Shown: positions 35,141 through 45,547, numbered from the stretch's first letter. The stretch: 55,442 bases of DNA from an uncultured Actinomycetota bacterium (GCA_964423265.1 CAYREF010000006.1:1-55442); one strand, 5' to 3'. The notes: generated from the sequence alone by a model not told the origin. Numbers and translations: made by a program.

Positions 35141-36496
35141 ATGAGTATTTTAAGAAAAAAAAGCGCTTTTAAGGGAGTCAAGTTACCGGAAAACAAATAT
35201 ACGGAAGATGAAAGAATAGAAACTATACCTTTACCCGAAACTGCTATTGTGCCTCTTCAGCAAAATATAGGTGCGCCTTGCCAGCTTAAAGTAAAGAGAA
35301 GGGATAAGGTTAAAACAGGGCAAAAAATTGCGGATTCGGAAAGTTTTGTCTCTGCACCTATCCATGCTCCAATTTCAGGCAAGGTTGCAAAAACCATACA
35401 GCTAATGAATCCAGTGACAGGAACCCTGGTTGATGCTATAACCATAAAAACTAACCAGAAAGATAAGTGGGTTACCTTGGAGGGTATGGCAAAGATTAAG
35501 GAGGCTGGGAAGTGGGAAGAGATATTTTCTGGAATTGATAAATTACCTAATAAAGAGATATTAAAAAAGATTAGGGAAGCAGGCATTGTAGGTCTTGGTG
35601 GTGCAACATTTCCAACTCATGTTAAACTGTCGCCTCCTCCTGAAAAAAATATTGACACATTTATCCTAAACGGGTGTGAATGCGAACCATTTATAACTTC
35701 TGACCACAGGATTATGCTTGAATATGGTAGGTCCGTTATATTGGGCCTTTATATTATAAGGAAAGTGTTAAACCCGGACAAAGTATACATTGCTATTGAG
35801 GATAACAAAGAAGATGCTATAGAAAATCTTCATAAAATACTGGCTGACATGGGATTAAACAATAATGTAGATATAATATCATTGCCCTCACGGTATCCAA
35901 TGGGAGCAGAAAAAACGCTTATCAAGACACTGGTAGGCAGGGAAGTTCCCATTGGAGGGCTACCCATGGATGTAGGCGTAGTGGTAAATAATGTGGCTAC
36001 CTCTAAGGCTATTGCGGAAGCTGTAATTGAAGGAAAGCCACTTCTAGAAAAGGTGGTAACGGTTACCGGGGCTTTCAGGAAGCCAAAAAATTTATTGGCA
36101 AGGATAGGCACTCCCATTTCAGAATTAGTGGGCTTATGCGGCATGGTTGAAAAGGAAAGGTATAAAATAATTTTGGGGGGTCCCATGATGGGAGTAACTG
36201 TTAGCGATACAGATTTTCCTGTAACCAAGGGTACTAATTGTGTGTTGGTAAAAGAGGCTGGTGAAGCTTTCGAGCAAAATTGTATAAGATGTGGAAGATG
36301 CATTGATGTTTGTCCCATGGGGCTGATGCCTCTAATGTATCCCAGGTTTGTAAGGCATGAGAAATATGAAGGGTGTACTGGATATTATATAGACAACTGT
36401 ATAGAATGCGGAGCCTGTTCATTTGTATGTCCTGCAAATATCCCCATTGTGGGCTATATTAAAACCGGGAAAAAGAAATTAGCAGAAAAGAAATAA
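35141..36496 (+). CDS. rnfC: Rnf complex subunit C
   Basis: 'GLGGATFPTHVKL' and two ferredoxin motifs, 'CIRCGRCIDVCP' and 'CIECGACSFVCP'. Confidence 0.9.
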   Translation: MSILRKKSAFKGVKLPENKYTEDERIETIPLPETAIVPLQQNIGAPCQLKVKRRDKVKTGQKIADSESFVSAPIHAPISGKVAKTIQLMNPVTGTLVDAITIKTNQKDKWVTLEGMAKIKEAGKWEEIFSGIDKLPNKEILKKIREAGIVGLGGATFPTHVKLSPPPEKNIDTFILNGCECEPFITSDHRIMLEYGRSVILGLYIIRKVLNPDKVYIAIEDNKEDAIENLHKILADMGLNNNVDIISLPSRYPMGAEKTLIKTLVGREVPIGGLPMDVGVVVNNVATSKAIAEAVIEGKPLLEKVVTVTGAFRKPKNLLARIGTPISELVGLCGMVEKERYKIILGGPMMGVTVSDTDFPVTKGTNCVLVKEAGEAFEQNCIRCGRCIDVCPMGLMPLMYPRFVRHEKYEGCTGYYIDNCIECGACSFVCPANIPIVGYIKTGKKKLAEKK

Positions 36497-36526
36497 TATT
36501 TATAATATAATCAGAAAAAGAGAAAA

Positions 36527-37471
36527 ATGGATAAAGAAAAATTAATTATATCGCATTCTCCTCACCTCTGGAAAGGTTTTTCTACCTCGAAGATAATGTA
36601 TATAGTGGTAGCGGCACTGCTATTACCGGCAGGCGCAGGAATTTATTTTTTTGGCTATTGGGCAATTTTTGTGATAATTGCCAGTACAGCTACTGCAGTA
36701 CTAACCGAATTTGTAATCAAGAAATTAAGGCGGAAAAGGTTTGTAAATGATGGCAGCGCTATCATAACCGGGATACTTCTAGCTTTGGTTCTTCCTCCCA
36801 GGATACCTATCTGGATGGTGGTTATCGGTTCTTTTTTTGCTATAGCGGTAGTAAAGGAAGCTTTTGGCGGATTAGGGCATAATATTTTTAACCCGGCTTT
36901 AGGCGGAAGGGCTTTCTTGTCTGTATGTTTTCCTCAGGAGATGACCTCATGGGTACTTCCCACTAAATTTAAAATGGATGCTGTTACTACAGCAACTCCC
37001 TTGAATGAAAATTTTGCTTATCAGGGCACCAGGCTAGAATTATATAAAGACCTTTTTTGGGGAAATGTTGGCGGTTCGCTGGGGGAAACTTCCGCGCTTT
37101 TAATTTTGATTGGGGGAATAATACTTCTGGCTTTTAAGATTATAGACTGGAGGATACCAGTTTTCTATATTGGCACTGTCGCGCTGGGCTCGCTAATTCT
37201 AGGAGAGGTTGTGCTATTGCAGGTACTTGCTGGAGGTCTGATGATAGGTGCCTTTTTTATGGCTACAGATTATGCAACTTCCCCAGTTACAGGAACAGGA
37301 AAAATTATTTTTGGAGTAAGCTTAGGGGTACTGACTCTTTTAATAAGGAATTTTGGTGCTCTACCCGAAGGTGTTGCTTTTTCCATATTGATAATGAATG
37401 CATTTACGCCTTTGATAGATAAATATATAAAACTAAAGCCTTTTGGCTACCAAGGTAAGAAGGCGGGATAA
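36527..37471 (+). CDS. rnfD: Rnf complex subunit D
   Basis: Polytopic membrane protein with NqrB/RnfD blocks ('FNPALGGRAF', 'MATDYATSP'). Confidence 0.9.
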   Translation: MDKEKLIISHSPHLWKGFSTSKIMYIVVAALLLPAGAGIYFFGYWAIFVIIASTATAVLTEFVIKKLRRKRFVNDGSAIITGILLALVLPPRIPIWMVVIGSFFAIAVVKEAFGGLGHNIFNPALGGRAFLSVCFPQEMTSWVLPTKFKMDAVTTATPLNENFAYQGTRLELYKDLFWGNVGGSLGETSALLILIGGIILLAFKIIDWRIPVFYIGTVALGSLILGEVVLLQVLAGGLMIGAFFMATDYATSPVTGTGKIIFGVSLGVLTLLIRNFGALPEGVAFSILIMNAFTPLIDKYIKLKPFGYQGKKAG

Positions 37472-37474
37472 ATT

Positions 37475-38002
37475 ATGGCAAATTTTAAAAATACTAAAGT
37501 TTATCCAATATTTATTTTAACAGCTGTAGTGCTGGTTTCTGTAACTGTGCTGATGTTTATAAACAGCCTGACCAAGCCAGTGGTTGCAGAACACAAAAGA
37601 GAAGAGATAAATGCCCTTTTGCAAAATATTTACAGCAATATGGATGATTATGAGTACAAGGATGAAATTTATAAAGTGCTGGAGGGTGAAGAAATTATTG
37701 GCTATGCCTTTGTGACAAAAGGAAAGGGATATGGCGGTGAAATTACAATAATGGTGGGACTGAATAAAGACCTGCAAATTAAGGATGTTGCTATCATGTC
37801 CCATACTGAGACTCCGGGCCTTGGAAGCAGGGTTGATGAGAGTTCATTTACCAGCCAATTTGAAGGACTGACCGCAGAAGATATAGCATTAGCTAAAAAT
37901 GATGGTAAAATAGATGCTGTATCCGGAGCAACTATCAGTTCAGAGGCTGTTGTTTCTGCTGTAAGGGAAGAAATGAAAGAAAAGATAAAATCTATAAAGT
38001 AA
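37475..38002 (+). CDS. rnfG: Rnf complex subunit G (FMN-binding)
   Basis: N-terminal TM, 'ETPGLGSR' and the 'SGATISS' flavinylation motif. Confidence 0.88.
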   Translation: MANFKNTKVYPIFILTAVVLVSVTVLMFINSLTKPVVAEHKREEINALLQNIYSNMDDYEYKDEIYKVLEGEEIIGYAFVTKGKGYGGEITIMVGLNKDLQIKDVAIMSHTETPGLGSRVDESSFTSQFEGLTAEDIALAKNDGKIDAVSGATISSEAVVSAVREEMKEKIKSIK

Positions 38003-38014
38003 GAGGTCTTGCTT

Positions 38015-38689
38015 ATGGAAAATAAGATAAACAATTACAATAATCAAAAAGATAGGCCAGGAAAACAAAAGTTCGGAAAAGAATTCTGGAAGGAGTTTGC
38101 AAAAGGAATAATTATTTCAAATCCGGTCTTTGTCTTAGCTCTTGGTCTATGTCCCACACTTGCTGTAACTGGAACCATAGATAATGCTTTAGGAATGGGG
38201 GCTGGAGTTATTTTTGTGCTTTTGGGGGCTAATATTATCATTTCACTGATGAGGAATATAATACCAGATTTAGTGAGGATCCCGGTTTTTATTGTGGTCA
38301 TTGCTACTTTTGTAACCATATTGAGCCTTGTCTTTGAAGCTTATATACCTCCACTTTACGAATCCCTGGGTATTTACCTGTCCCTGGTAGTAGTTAATTG
38401 TATAATACTGGGCAGGGCTGAAGTATTTGCTTCAAAAAATAGTGTTGTCTTGTCGATTGCAGATGCATTTGGAATAGGATTCGGCTTTACAATTGCTCTA
38501 ATTTTAATTTCTCTGTTTAGGGAAATACTTGGAACAGGCTCATTATCAGTTTTTGGTTTCCAATTATTTAGAATACCTATTCTTTCTTCAAACCCTCTGG
38601 GATTTTTTGTATCGCCGCCCGGGGCTTTTTTAGTAATAGGCGTTTTACTTGCGTTATTTAGATGGATAGGGGTGCTTGGTAATGAATAA
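38015..38689 (+). CDS. rnfE: Rnf complex subunit E
   Basis: NqrD/RnfE-like 'NPVFVLALGLCPTLAVT' block. ATG at 38015 is 8 nt after AAGAGG. Confidence 0.88.
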   Translation: MENKINNYNNQKDRPGKQKFGKEFWKEFAKGIIISNPVFVLALGLCPTLAVTGTIDNALGMGAGVIFVLLGANIIISLMRNIIPDLVRIPVFIVVIATFVTILSLVFEAYIPPLYESLGIYLSLVVVNCIILGRAEVFASKNSVVLSIADAFGIGFGFTIALILISLFREILGTGSLSVFGFQLFRIPILSSNPLGFFVSPPGAFLVIGVLLALFRWIGVLGNE

Positions 38690-39257
38690 TCTATTTTCAA
38701 TTTTCTTACTCATGGCTATAGTGAACAATATTGTTCTGGCAAAGTTCTTAGGCTTATGCCCATTTTTTGGTGTATCCAAGAAAATTTCCAATGCTATTAG
38801 CATGGGCATTGCAGTAACCTTTGTTATGCTTTTAGCTTCTATTTCAACTACTGTAATTTTTAACTATATACTGGTTCCCTATGAAGTAGAGTTTATGCGC
38901 ATAGTCCTCTATATTTTAGTGATAGCTTCCCTGGTCCAGATAGTAGAGCTGACTATTAAAAGGACTAATGTTACTTTATATAATGCCTTGGGTATTTATT
39001 TGCCTTTAATTACTACCAATTGTGCAGTGTTGGGCATAGCATTAATTAATTCCACTGAAAATTATTCAGTTCTGGAAAGTATCTTCAGTGCCTTGGGGGC
39101 AGGATTTGGCTTTAGCTTGGTTTTAATAATAATGTCAGGAATAAGGGAAAAGCTTGAGATTTCTGAGGCTCCAGAATCAATGAGAGGCTTGCCCATAGCA
39201 TTTATAACTGCAGCATTACTGGCCCTGGCTTTTCTTGGTTTTAGCGGAATGATATAA
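38682..39257 (+). CDS. rnfA: Rnf complex subunit A
   Basis: NqrE/RnfA-like 'NNIVLAKFLGLCPFFGVS' and 'ITTNCAVLG' blocks. Overlaps the rnfE end. Confidence 0.88.
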   Translation: MNNLFSIFLLMAIVNNIVLAKFLGLCPFFGVSKKISNAISMGIAVTFVMLLASISTTVIFNYILVPYEVEFMRIVLYILVIASLVQIVELTIKRTNVTLYNALGIYLPLITTNCAVLGIALINSTENYSVLESIFSALGAGFGFSLVLIIMSGIREKLEISEAPESMRGLPIAFITAALLALAFLGFSGMI

Positions 39258-39292
39258 TTGTAGAAATTGTGTGTAAGGAGAATTGATAAATT

Positions 39293-40168
39293 ATGGATTT
39301 AGTATGGATAATATTAATTTTAAGTGGTATCGGACTTGTGAGCGGCATACTTATATTCATAGTCAACAGGATGCTTCCTAAGGAGTCTGAATCATTAAAA
39401 AAAACTGAGGATATTGAAAAAAGGCTGCCTGGCTATAATTGCGGAGCTTGCGGATACCCAGGCTGTTTTGCCTATGCACAAGCTTTGGCTGAAGACAAGG
39501 ACTTGATTATAACAAGCCCCTGCACCACGGTTCTCCAGAGTGAAGAAATGCTTTCAAACATAGAAAAAGTTCTGGGTATGGAAATAGATACTTCTGAAAT
39601 GAATAAAAAAGCGGTGGTTTGCTGTTATGGCGTAACCAAGCCTTTGGGAGATTATAATGGCATTGATTCCTGCAAGGCAGCTAATAATCTACTGGGGGGA
39701 TTTAAAAGGTGCCCTTATGGCTGCTTGGGCCTTGGGGATTGTATGGAGGTTTGCCCCCAGGATGCAATAGAGATAGATAAGGAAAGGAATGTTGCTGTAA
39801 TAGATCCTGATAAATGTACAGGCTGCGGACTATGTGTAAAGGAATGCCCAAAAAATATTATTGAGCTGGTTCCAGCGGATGCAAATATTATCTACAGATG
39901 CAGCTACAAGCCAATTAAGAACATCCCTGGCAGGGAAAAATGTGATGAGGGATGCATACATTGCAGGAAGTGCTTTAAGGCATGTGAAAATGATGCCATC
40001 ATTTGGAATGATGAGAAAAATATACCAGAATTTGATTTTTCAAAGTGCACTTTATGTGGAGAATGTATCGAAGCTTGCCCCCATAACAGGCTAATAGAAT
40101 TTTCAGAGCTTTCCAGTAAAGAAAAAGGGAAAAAAGCAGAAGAAAAAGTTGTAAATAGTAAAAAATAG
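39293..40168 (+). CDS. rnfB: Rnf complex subunit B (polyferredoxin)
   Basis: N-terminal TM, the 'CGACGYPGC' cluster motif and several CxxCxxCxxxCP ferredoxin motifs. Confidence 0.88.
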   Translation: MDLVWIILILSGIGLVSGILIFIVNRMLPKESESLKKTEDIEKRLPGYNCGACGYPGCFAYAQALAEDKDLIITSPCTTVLQSEEMLSNIEKVLGMEIDTSEMNKKAVVCCYGVTKPLGDYNGIDSCKAANNLLGGFKRCPYGCLGLGDCMEVCPQDAIEIDKERNVAVIDPDKCTGCGLCVKECPKNIIELVPADANIIYRCSYKPIKNIPGREKCDEGCIHCRKCFKACENDAIIWNDEKNIPEFDFSKCTLCGECIEACPHNRLIEFSELSSKEKGKKAEEKVVNSKK

Positions 40169-40233
40169 TTATATTAACTTTAAAATTGCTGCCTTTTATA
40201 GGTTAAAATCCCGGAAAGAACAACCCATGCTGG

Positions 40234-40914
40234 TTAGTTTCTCCTGCTTATGCAGTTTTCTCTTGGGCATAGTTCGCAGGCAACCTTGGTTTTGTCTATC
40301 TTGTTTTCTGGGCCGAATCCATAAACTCCGGAAACTGATTTAAAAGGGACCATTAGATAGCTTGGATTTAGCTTTACCCCAATTTTATCGGCAGGAAGCA
40401 TTTTAAAAATTTCTTTTTGCTCTTCTATAGTCCATTTATACTGGCCGGGTGAATAGGTGCAGGTTGCATTCCAGTTATCTTTTTCCCTACCTTCTTTTTT
40501 AGCAATTTCTGTGAAATGCTTGCCCAGAAGTGTTAGCAGGCTTGTAGTTATAGTATCCATTACAATAGTAGAAAGGGTATCTCCACTTTTGGTTGTTTCT
40601 TTTATTATTTTGTCTATTTTTCCGCCCAGGGTGAACACAAATATGAGGGCAATTTCTGAACCGGTAAGGATTTTGGCAATATTGGGGCCCTTGAAGGTGT
40701 TTTTAGTTCCAAAATATACTGTATGATCCTCTATTTTTTCTATTTTGAATTTATCATAGATAGCTTTTGGCTCAATGTTTTCTATGCATCGCTGTTTTTT
40801 CTCTTCCAGAATTTTCTCTAGCTTGGGGTTTAATCTTCCGCCCATAAGCTTAGTTAAAAAATCTTTGCCAATGTCTTTTGGTATATCCATTTCTATTTTA
40901 TCTAAAACTTTCAT
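40234..40914 (-). CDS. Stand-alone methionine-synthase activation-domain-like protein
   Basis: 'YSPGQYKWTIEEQKEIFKML....IGVKLNPSYLMVPFKSVSGVYGFG' resembles the Met_synt_B12 (reactivation) domain found as a free-standing protein in anaerobes. Confidence 0.5.
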   Translation of the reverse strand: MKVLDKIEMDIPKDIGKDFLTKLMGGRLNPKLEKILEEKKQRCIENIEPKAIYDKFKIEKIEDHTVYFGTKNTFKGPNIAKILTGSEIALIFVFTLGGKIDKIIKETTKSGDTLSTIVMDTITTSLLTLLGKHFTEIAKKEGREKDNWNATCTYSPGQYKWTIEEQKEIFKMLPADKIGVKLNPSYLMVPFKSVSGVYGFGPENKIDKTKVACELCPRENCISRRN

Positions 40915-40985
40915 ATATCCCCTATATTTAATTGTAATTTTTCATTATTATAATATAACATAAAAAAGAAACAAAGAGGTTAAAA

Positions 40986-41426
40986 ATGAGCAACAGCCAA
41001 TTAGAATTAATTAAAAAATTTGTAGAAAAAGAGCCTTATGTTAATTTATTAAACCTCAAGGTTTTAAAGCTTGAGGAAGGTCATTCAGTAGTAGAGATGA
41101 AGGCTGATAAAAAATACAACAATATTTTTTCAATTACTCATGGAGGAGCAATTTTCTCTTTAGTTGACGTTGCTTTTGGTTCAGCTGCAAACTCTTATGG
41201 TAATATTGCAGTTGCATTATCCATGTCCATAAATTATATTAAGCCAGCAAGGGCAGGGCAGACCCTTACAGCAGAAGCCACCCAGATAAGCAGGGGGAAG
41301 AAAATTTCTGTTTATAATATAATCGTAAAAAATAGCTTAAATGATACAGTTGCTTCTTGCCAGGCAACCGCCTATTTAAAAAAAGATAAATTACCTATTT
41401 TAAAAGAAATTGAAGATAATACATAG
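40986..41426 (+). CDS. PaaI/hotdog-fold thioesterase
   Basis: 'HGGAIFSLVDVAFGSA' catalytic block of the PaaI/YbgC-type thioesterases. Confidence 0.75.
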   Translation: MSNSQLELIKKFVEKEPYVNLLNLKVLKLEEGHSVVEMKADKKYNNIFSITHGGAIFSLVDVAFGSAANSYGNIAVALSMSINYIKPARAGQTLTAEATQISRGKKISVYNIIVKNSLNDTVASCQATAYLKKDKLPILKEIEDNT

Positions 41427-42459
41427 CTCAGATTTACATCTAAATGTAAAATATCCTGAAAGAATCGGCGCTTTGGATGAAATATTAAGGATATCCGGAA
41501 AGAAAGGCGCAGATTTATTGCTATTTGCTGGGGACTTTTTTGATAGCAGGGAGGATGCCCAGCATTACAGGCCTGAGTTAAGGAAGAAATTTTCCTCCCT
41601 TCCTTTCAGAGTATACTTAATTCCTGGCAATCATGACTACGGTTCTTATCCTGAGGATTTGTTTTTTGGTGATTCACTTGAGGTAATTACCAGGAGACCT
41701 TTTGATGTCCTGGATTCCGAAGAGGTAAAGGTAATAGCTGTACCGTATTACAACCAGAGTTTTAATGAATTATTATTTGACATCAAAAAAGAAATGAGTC
41801 CTAAAAAAACCAATATACTGCTGTTGCATTGCTCACTGGATATGGGCGAATTTGAGGAAAGTCAGGAAAAAAGCGAAGCTTATCTTCCGGTTAGTTCCAA
41901 GGTGCTTGCAGACCTTAACTTGGACTACATACTAGCCGGTCATTTTCATAGTAGATTTGTATTAAGCAAAATTTCGGACAGCAGCAGCTTTATTTATCCC
42001 GGCAGCCCGGTTTCTGTCACCAGGAAAGAAACCGGCATAAGAAATGTAGCTTTAATTGATACTGCCAAAGATACAGTAAGGGCGGTAAATTTGAACAGTG
42101 TATATTATGAAACTGTTTATCTTTTGTTTGAACCGGAAAAAGAAGCTGAAACCCTGGAGGCTTTAAAAGAAAAAATCAAAGAATATAATTTTAATTTTGC
42201 CAGATTAACCCTTATTATTGATGGCTTTATAAGCAGTGGAGAAAAAAGCTTAAAAAGGAAAATTGATAACATATTAGGCAGTTATAGGGATAGGATAAGC
42301 GTAGATTACAGGTATAGGGATGTAAGTGAGGTAATAACGGAACCCCTGTATAAGAAATTCAGGGAAAAGTTAGAAAATTTGGATTTGAATGCAAGCAATA
42401 AAGGTGAGATTGATAGGATTGTAAAATTATCGTTTTCCAAAATAAGATATAGCAGGTAG
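41410..42459 (+). CDS. Metallophosphoesterase, SbcD/Mre11/YhaO-like nuclease
   Basis: 'IIHSSDLHL', 'GDFFD', 'GNHD' and 'GHFH' calcineurin-like phosphoesterase motifs. TTG start overlaps the end of the upstream gene. Confidence 0.75.
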   Translation: MKIIHSSDLHLNVKYPERIGALDEILRISGKKGADLLLFAGDFFDSREDAQHYRPELRKKFSSLPFRVYLIPGNHDYGSYPEDLFFGDSLEVITRRPFDVLDSEEVKVIAVPYYNQSFNELLFDIKKEMSPKKTNILLLHCSLDMGEFEESQEKSEAYLPVSSKVLADLNLDYILAGHFHSRFVLSKISDSSSFIYPGSPVSVTRKETGIRNVALIDTAKDTVRAVNLNSVYYETVYLLFEPEKEAETLEALKEKIKEYNFNFARLTLIIDGFISSGEKSLKRKIDNILGSYRDRISVDYRYRDVSEVITEPLYKKFREKLENLDLNASNKGEIDRIVKLSFSKIRYSR

Positions 42460-42462
42460 CAG

Positions 42463-44778
42463 ATGAGGTTAAAGAAAATCTTAATAAACAGGTATGGGCC
42501 GCTTAGAGATATAAGGCTGGATATAGGGAGAGGGACCCAGATAATTTATGGAAAAAACGAGGCCGGAAAGACCTTAACCATAGATGCTTTGCTAAAGATA
42601 ATGCTTGGCAAAAAAATTAAAGAATTTGACGGAATAGATAGGGTGGAAGAATTTCCAGAAGGGTACCTGGTATTAGAGGACAACAACAATGAGGAAATAA
42701 AGCTGGATAAGGAACTAAGTCTAAGCAAGTATGCCCGCATAGATTCCACGGATTTAAGAAATATTTTTGTGATAAGAAATAGCGACTTAACCATAAGGGA
42801 AGAGGATTCTTATTTTAATAAAATTACAGATAGGCTAACTGGGCTGGAGACAGAAAAAATTAACAAATTGATGGCTGAATTAATGGATTATGGCAAGCTA
42901 ACTTCTGCATCCAGTAATGCAGACCTTTCAGATAAAAAGGGTTACGGTAAAATAAAGAGCAGATTAACAGATTGCAGGGAATTGATTAAGGATATAGAAG
43001 AATATGTAAAAGAAGTGGAAGAAAATGGCTTAGACAGTTTAGAGTTAGAACAGCTTAAGATAAACCAGAAAATAAGGGAGGTTAAAAAAGAAATATCCCT
43101 TGCAGAAAGAAATTTGAAACATAAAAATTATTTGGAATTGAAGGAACTTTTTAGGAAGCTTAAAAGTACTTTAAGGGAGTATAAGGGGTATAGTGCATTT
43201 AGTGAAGAAGAATACCAGCAGCTTATAGATTTTAATAATAAATTAAATAACCTTTCGGAGAGGCAGAAAAGCTGCAATGCTGACCTAAAGAGATTAGAGG
43301 AGAGACAGGATAGTTTTAAAAAAGAAGCAGCAAAGCTTTCTTCTGAGCTGGCTCCCTACAGGGAAAAGGAAAAGGAGGTAGTAAGGTTAGAGCAAAAAGC
43401 ACAGGGTATAGAAGGACAAAAAACCAGAACTTCAAGGTTGCCTTTAGTTTTTATGGTAATATTTCTAGCTTTATCGGGAATAAGCATTATACCGCTGTTT
43501 TTATTTAATGGCTTATTTTATGCCTTTCCACCCATATTTTTTGGAATTATGTTTGTGGTTTTCTTTATCCTATATTTTTTAGGGCAAAAAAAAGTTTTTA
43601 GTGCTAAGCGGAGCGAAGAAGAGATTCTAAATGGCTTTCTGGGTTTGGGTATTAAGGTAACAGAAATAGGAGAAATTCCTCTTGAAGCTAACAATTTTTT
43701 GGAAACCAAAAGCGTATTAGATAATAATTTGAGAAGCATTGAAAGTGAAATGAAAGCTAATGAAAAACAGAGAGAAAGGCTGTTAGCAGAATTAAAAAGC
43801 AACGAGAGAGAAATAAAAGAAATAAAGGGTAGTATCCATAATAAGATTGGGGAATTAAATATTGCAAACACCAATATTTATAGGCAAAAACTAGATAAAA
43901 AAAGGGAATTGGAAACAGAAATTTTTAGAGCTTATAGGTTAATAATGGATAAATTAGAATTGGAGGTTAGCAATTTAACTGCAGAAACTGTGGAAGAAGA
44001 GCTTGGTTTTCTAAAAGAGAATATTGAAAAAACAAAACCAAGGAAGGAATTAGAAAAAATTGATAAAGATTACAACCAGCAATTTTATGAGGAGAAAAAG
44101 AGGGAACTTGAAAGCCTCCAGCTAAAACAAGATGAAATAGCTAAAAAACTTGATGGTCATAATTATAAAATAAAAGAATTGGAGTCAAGGTATTTAAACT
44201 TGCTGTCGGAAGATTTTTTAAATAAGATAAAGGTTAATAATTTGAGCAGCTTAAAAACAGCTTTGCAATCCCTTAACTCAGAGGCTGAAAAAATTAAGAA
44301 TGCATATAACGTATCCAAACAAGCTATAGGTATATTTGAAGATATACTAAGGGATGAACAGATTAAGGTAGCTGACTTATTTGAAAATTTAAGTATCTCT
44401 GGCTATTTTTCAGAAATTACCCTGAACAAGTATAAGAAAGTTTTTTATGATGCTGATAAAAAAAAGGTTATGGTTGCTAACAGCAATGGCAATACTATGG
44501 ATGATAGCAAACTAAGCAAGGGGGCTTATGACCAATTGTATATGGCAGTAAGGGTTGCATTGGCCGAAAAAATTTTAGATGAGCCTGCTTTTTTTATAGT
44601 AGATGACGCTTTTATATACTCTGATGCGGAAAGGCTGGAAGCTCAATTTGAGGTTTTGAATAAGTTGGTGATGCAGGGGTGGTCTATTGTTTACTTTTCG
44701 GTAAAAGACGAGATAAGAAAATTGGCTAAGCAATATTCTTCAAATAATATTCTAACCATAGGAGATAAAGTTGGATAA
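42463..44778 (+). CDS. SbcC/Rad50/YhaN-like AAA ATPase with long coiled coils and a central transmembrane hairpin
   Basis: Walker A 'GKNEAGKT'. C-terminal signature-like 'LSKGAYDQL' and Walker B 'FFIVDDAF'. Coiled-coil arms. A hydrophobic stretch of about 48 aa 'LPLVFMVIFLALSGISIIPLFLFNGLFYAFPPIFFGIMFVVFFILYFLG' (about nt 43438-43585). No CxxC hook. Confidence 0.75.
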   Translation: MRLKKILINRYGPLRDIRLDIGRGTQIIYGKNEAGKTLTIDALLKIMLGKKIKEFDGIDRVEEFPEGYLVLEDNNNEEIKLDKELSLSKYARIDSTDLRNIFVIRNSDLTIREEDSYFNKITDRLTGLETEKINKLMAELMDYGKLTSASSNADLSDKKGYGKIKSRLTDCRELIKDIEEYVKEVEENGLDSLELEQLKINQKIREVKKEISLAERNLKHKNYLELKELFRKLKSTLREYKGYSAFSEEEYQQLIDFNNKLNNLSERQKSCNADLKRLEERQDSFKKEAAKLSSELAPYREKEKEVVRLEQKAQGIEGQKTRTSRLPLVFMVIFLALSGISIIPLFLFNGLFYAFPPIFFGIMFVVFFILYFLGQKKVFSAKRSEEEILNGFLGLGIKVTEIGEIPLEANNFLETKSVLDNNLRSIESEMKANEKQRERLLAELKSNEREIKEIKGSIHNKIGELNIANTNIYRQKLDKKRELETEIFRAYRLIMDKLELEVSNLTAETVEEELGFLKENIEKTKPRKELEKIDKDYNQQFYEEKKRELESLQLKQDEIAKKLDGHNYKIKELESRYLNLLSEDFLNKIKVNNLSSLKTALQSLNSEAEKIKNAYNVSKQAIGIFEDILRDEQIKVADLFENLSISGYFSEITLNKYKKVFYDADKKKVMVANSNGNTMDDSKLSKGAYDQLYMAVRVALAEKILDEPAFFIVDDAFIYSDAERLEAQFEVLNKLVMQGWSIVYFSVKDEIRKLAKQYSSNNILTIGDKVG

Positions 44779-45511
44779 TAAAAACTTTCGAGTGGATCCG
44801 GTAATTTATGACTTACAGGTCAACTGGAAGGCAAGGCTTCAAAAAGAAAAAAATCTTTTTTTGAGGCTAACCAGGGAAAAGAAAATAAAAAGGATGCTGG
44901 ATATTGGGTGCGGAACTGGGCATCATGTTGAATTTTTGTCCCAGTATATACCAGAACTGGTAGGAATGGATCCGATGGAGGAGAATATAAAATACGCGGG
45001 AGAAAAGATTGTAAAATCCAGCAAGGTTAAATTAATAATTGCCGGCTTTGAAGATTTAAATAATTTGGATATAGGAAAATTTGACCTGATAATCTCGGTA
45101 GGTAATACCTTGCCCTTGCTTAGAACAAGGAGGAAGGTCAAGCTAGCTTTAAAGCACATGAAAAAAAAGCTAAATGCCGGGGGCGTAGCTGTTCTTCAGT
45201 TTTTAAATTTTAATAAAAAAATAATAGAAAGCAATAATTACTACCGGCCTAAATCTGTTGAATATAATGGCAGGAGATATATTTCCCTTAAGCATTTTGA
45301 ATACCAGAGGATAAAAACTAAATTTGACTTTTTGTTTATAGTACTAAATATGGATGGCGAATTGATAGATTTTTTTAAGAACACCTCTTACCTTTGCACC
45401 TTAAGGAAAAATTTGTTTTTAAAAATGGCTAAAAATGCCGGATATAAGGAAATCAGTTTGCTGGGGCCGGGGGGCCAGGGTAAATTTGATGAAAAAAACA
45501 TGTTAGCTTAA
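44771..45511 (+). CDS. Class I SAM-dependent methyltransferase
   Basis: Motif I 'MLDIGCGTGHH'. 8-nt overlap with the ATPase gene. TTG start. Confidence 0.7.
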   Translation: MDNKNFRVDPVIYDLQVNWKARLQKEKNLFLRLTREKKIKRMLDIGCGTGHHVEFLSQYIPELVGMDPMEENIKYAGEKIVKSSKVKLIIAGFEDLNNLDIGKFDLIISVGNTLPLLRTRRKVKLALKHMKKKLNAGGVAVLQFLNFNKKIIESNNYYRPKSVEYNGRRYISLKHFEYQRIKTKFDFLFIVLNMDGELIDFFKNTSYLCTLRKNLFLKMAKNAGYKEISLLGPGGQGKFDEKNMLA

Positions 45512-45547
45512 CTGTATTACTACATAAAAGCGGATAGGAGAATATTC

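Noticed and set aside
39861-40094. 77-aa alternate-frame ORF inside rnfB, and similarly 10737..10934 inside the lipoprotein gene
   Set aside because: They are embedded in the same strand of genes with strong family motifs and show no independent signals.
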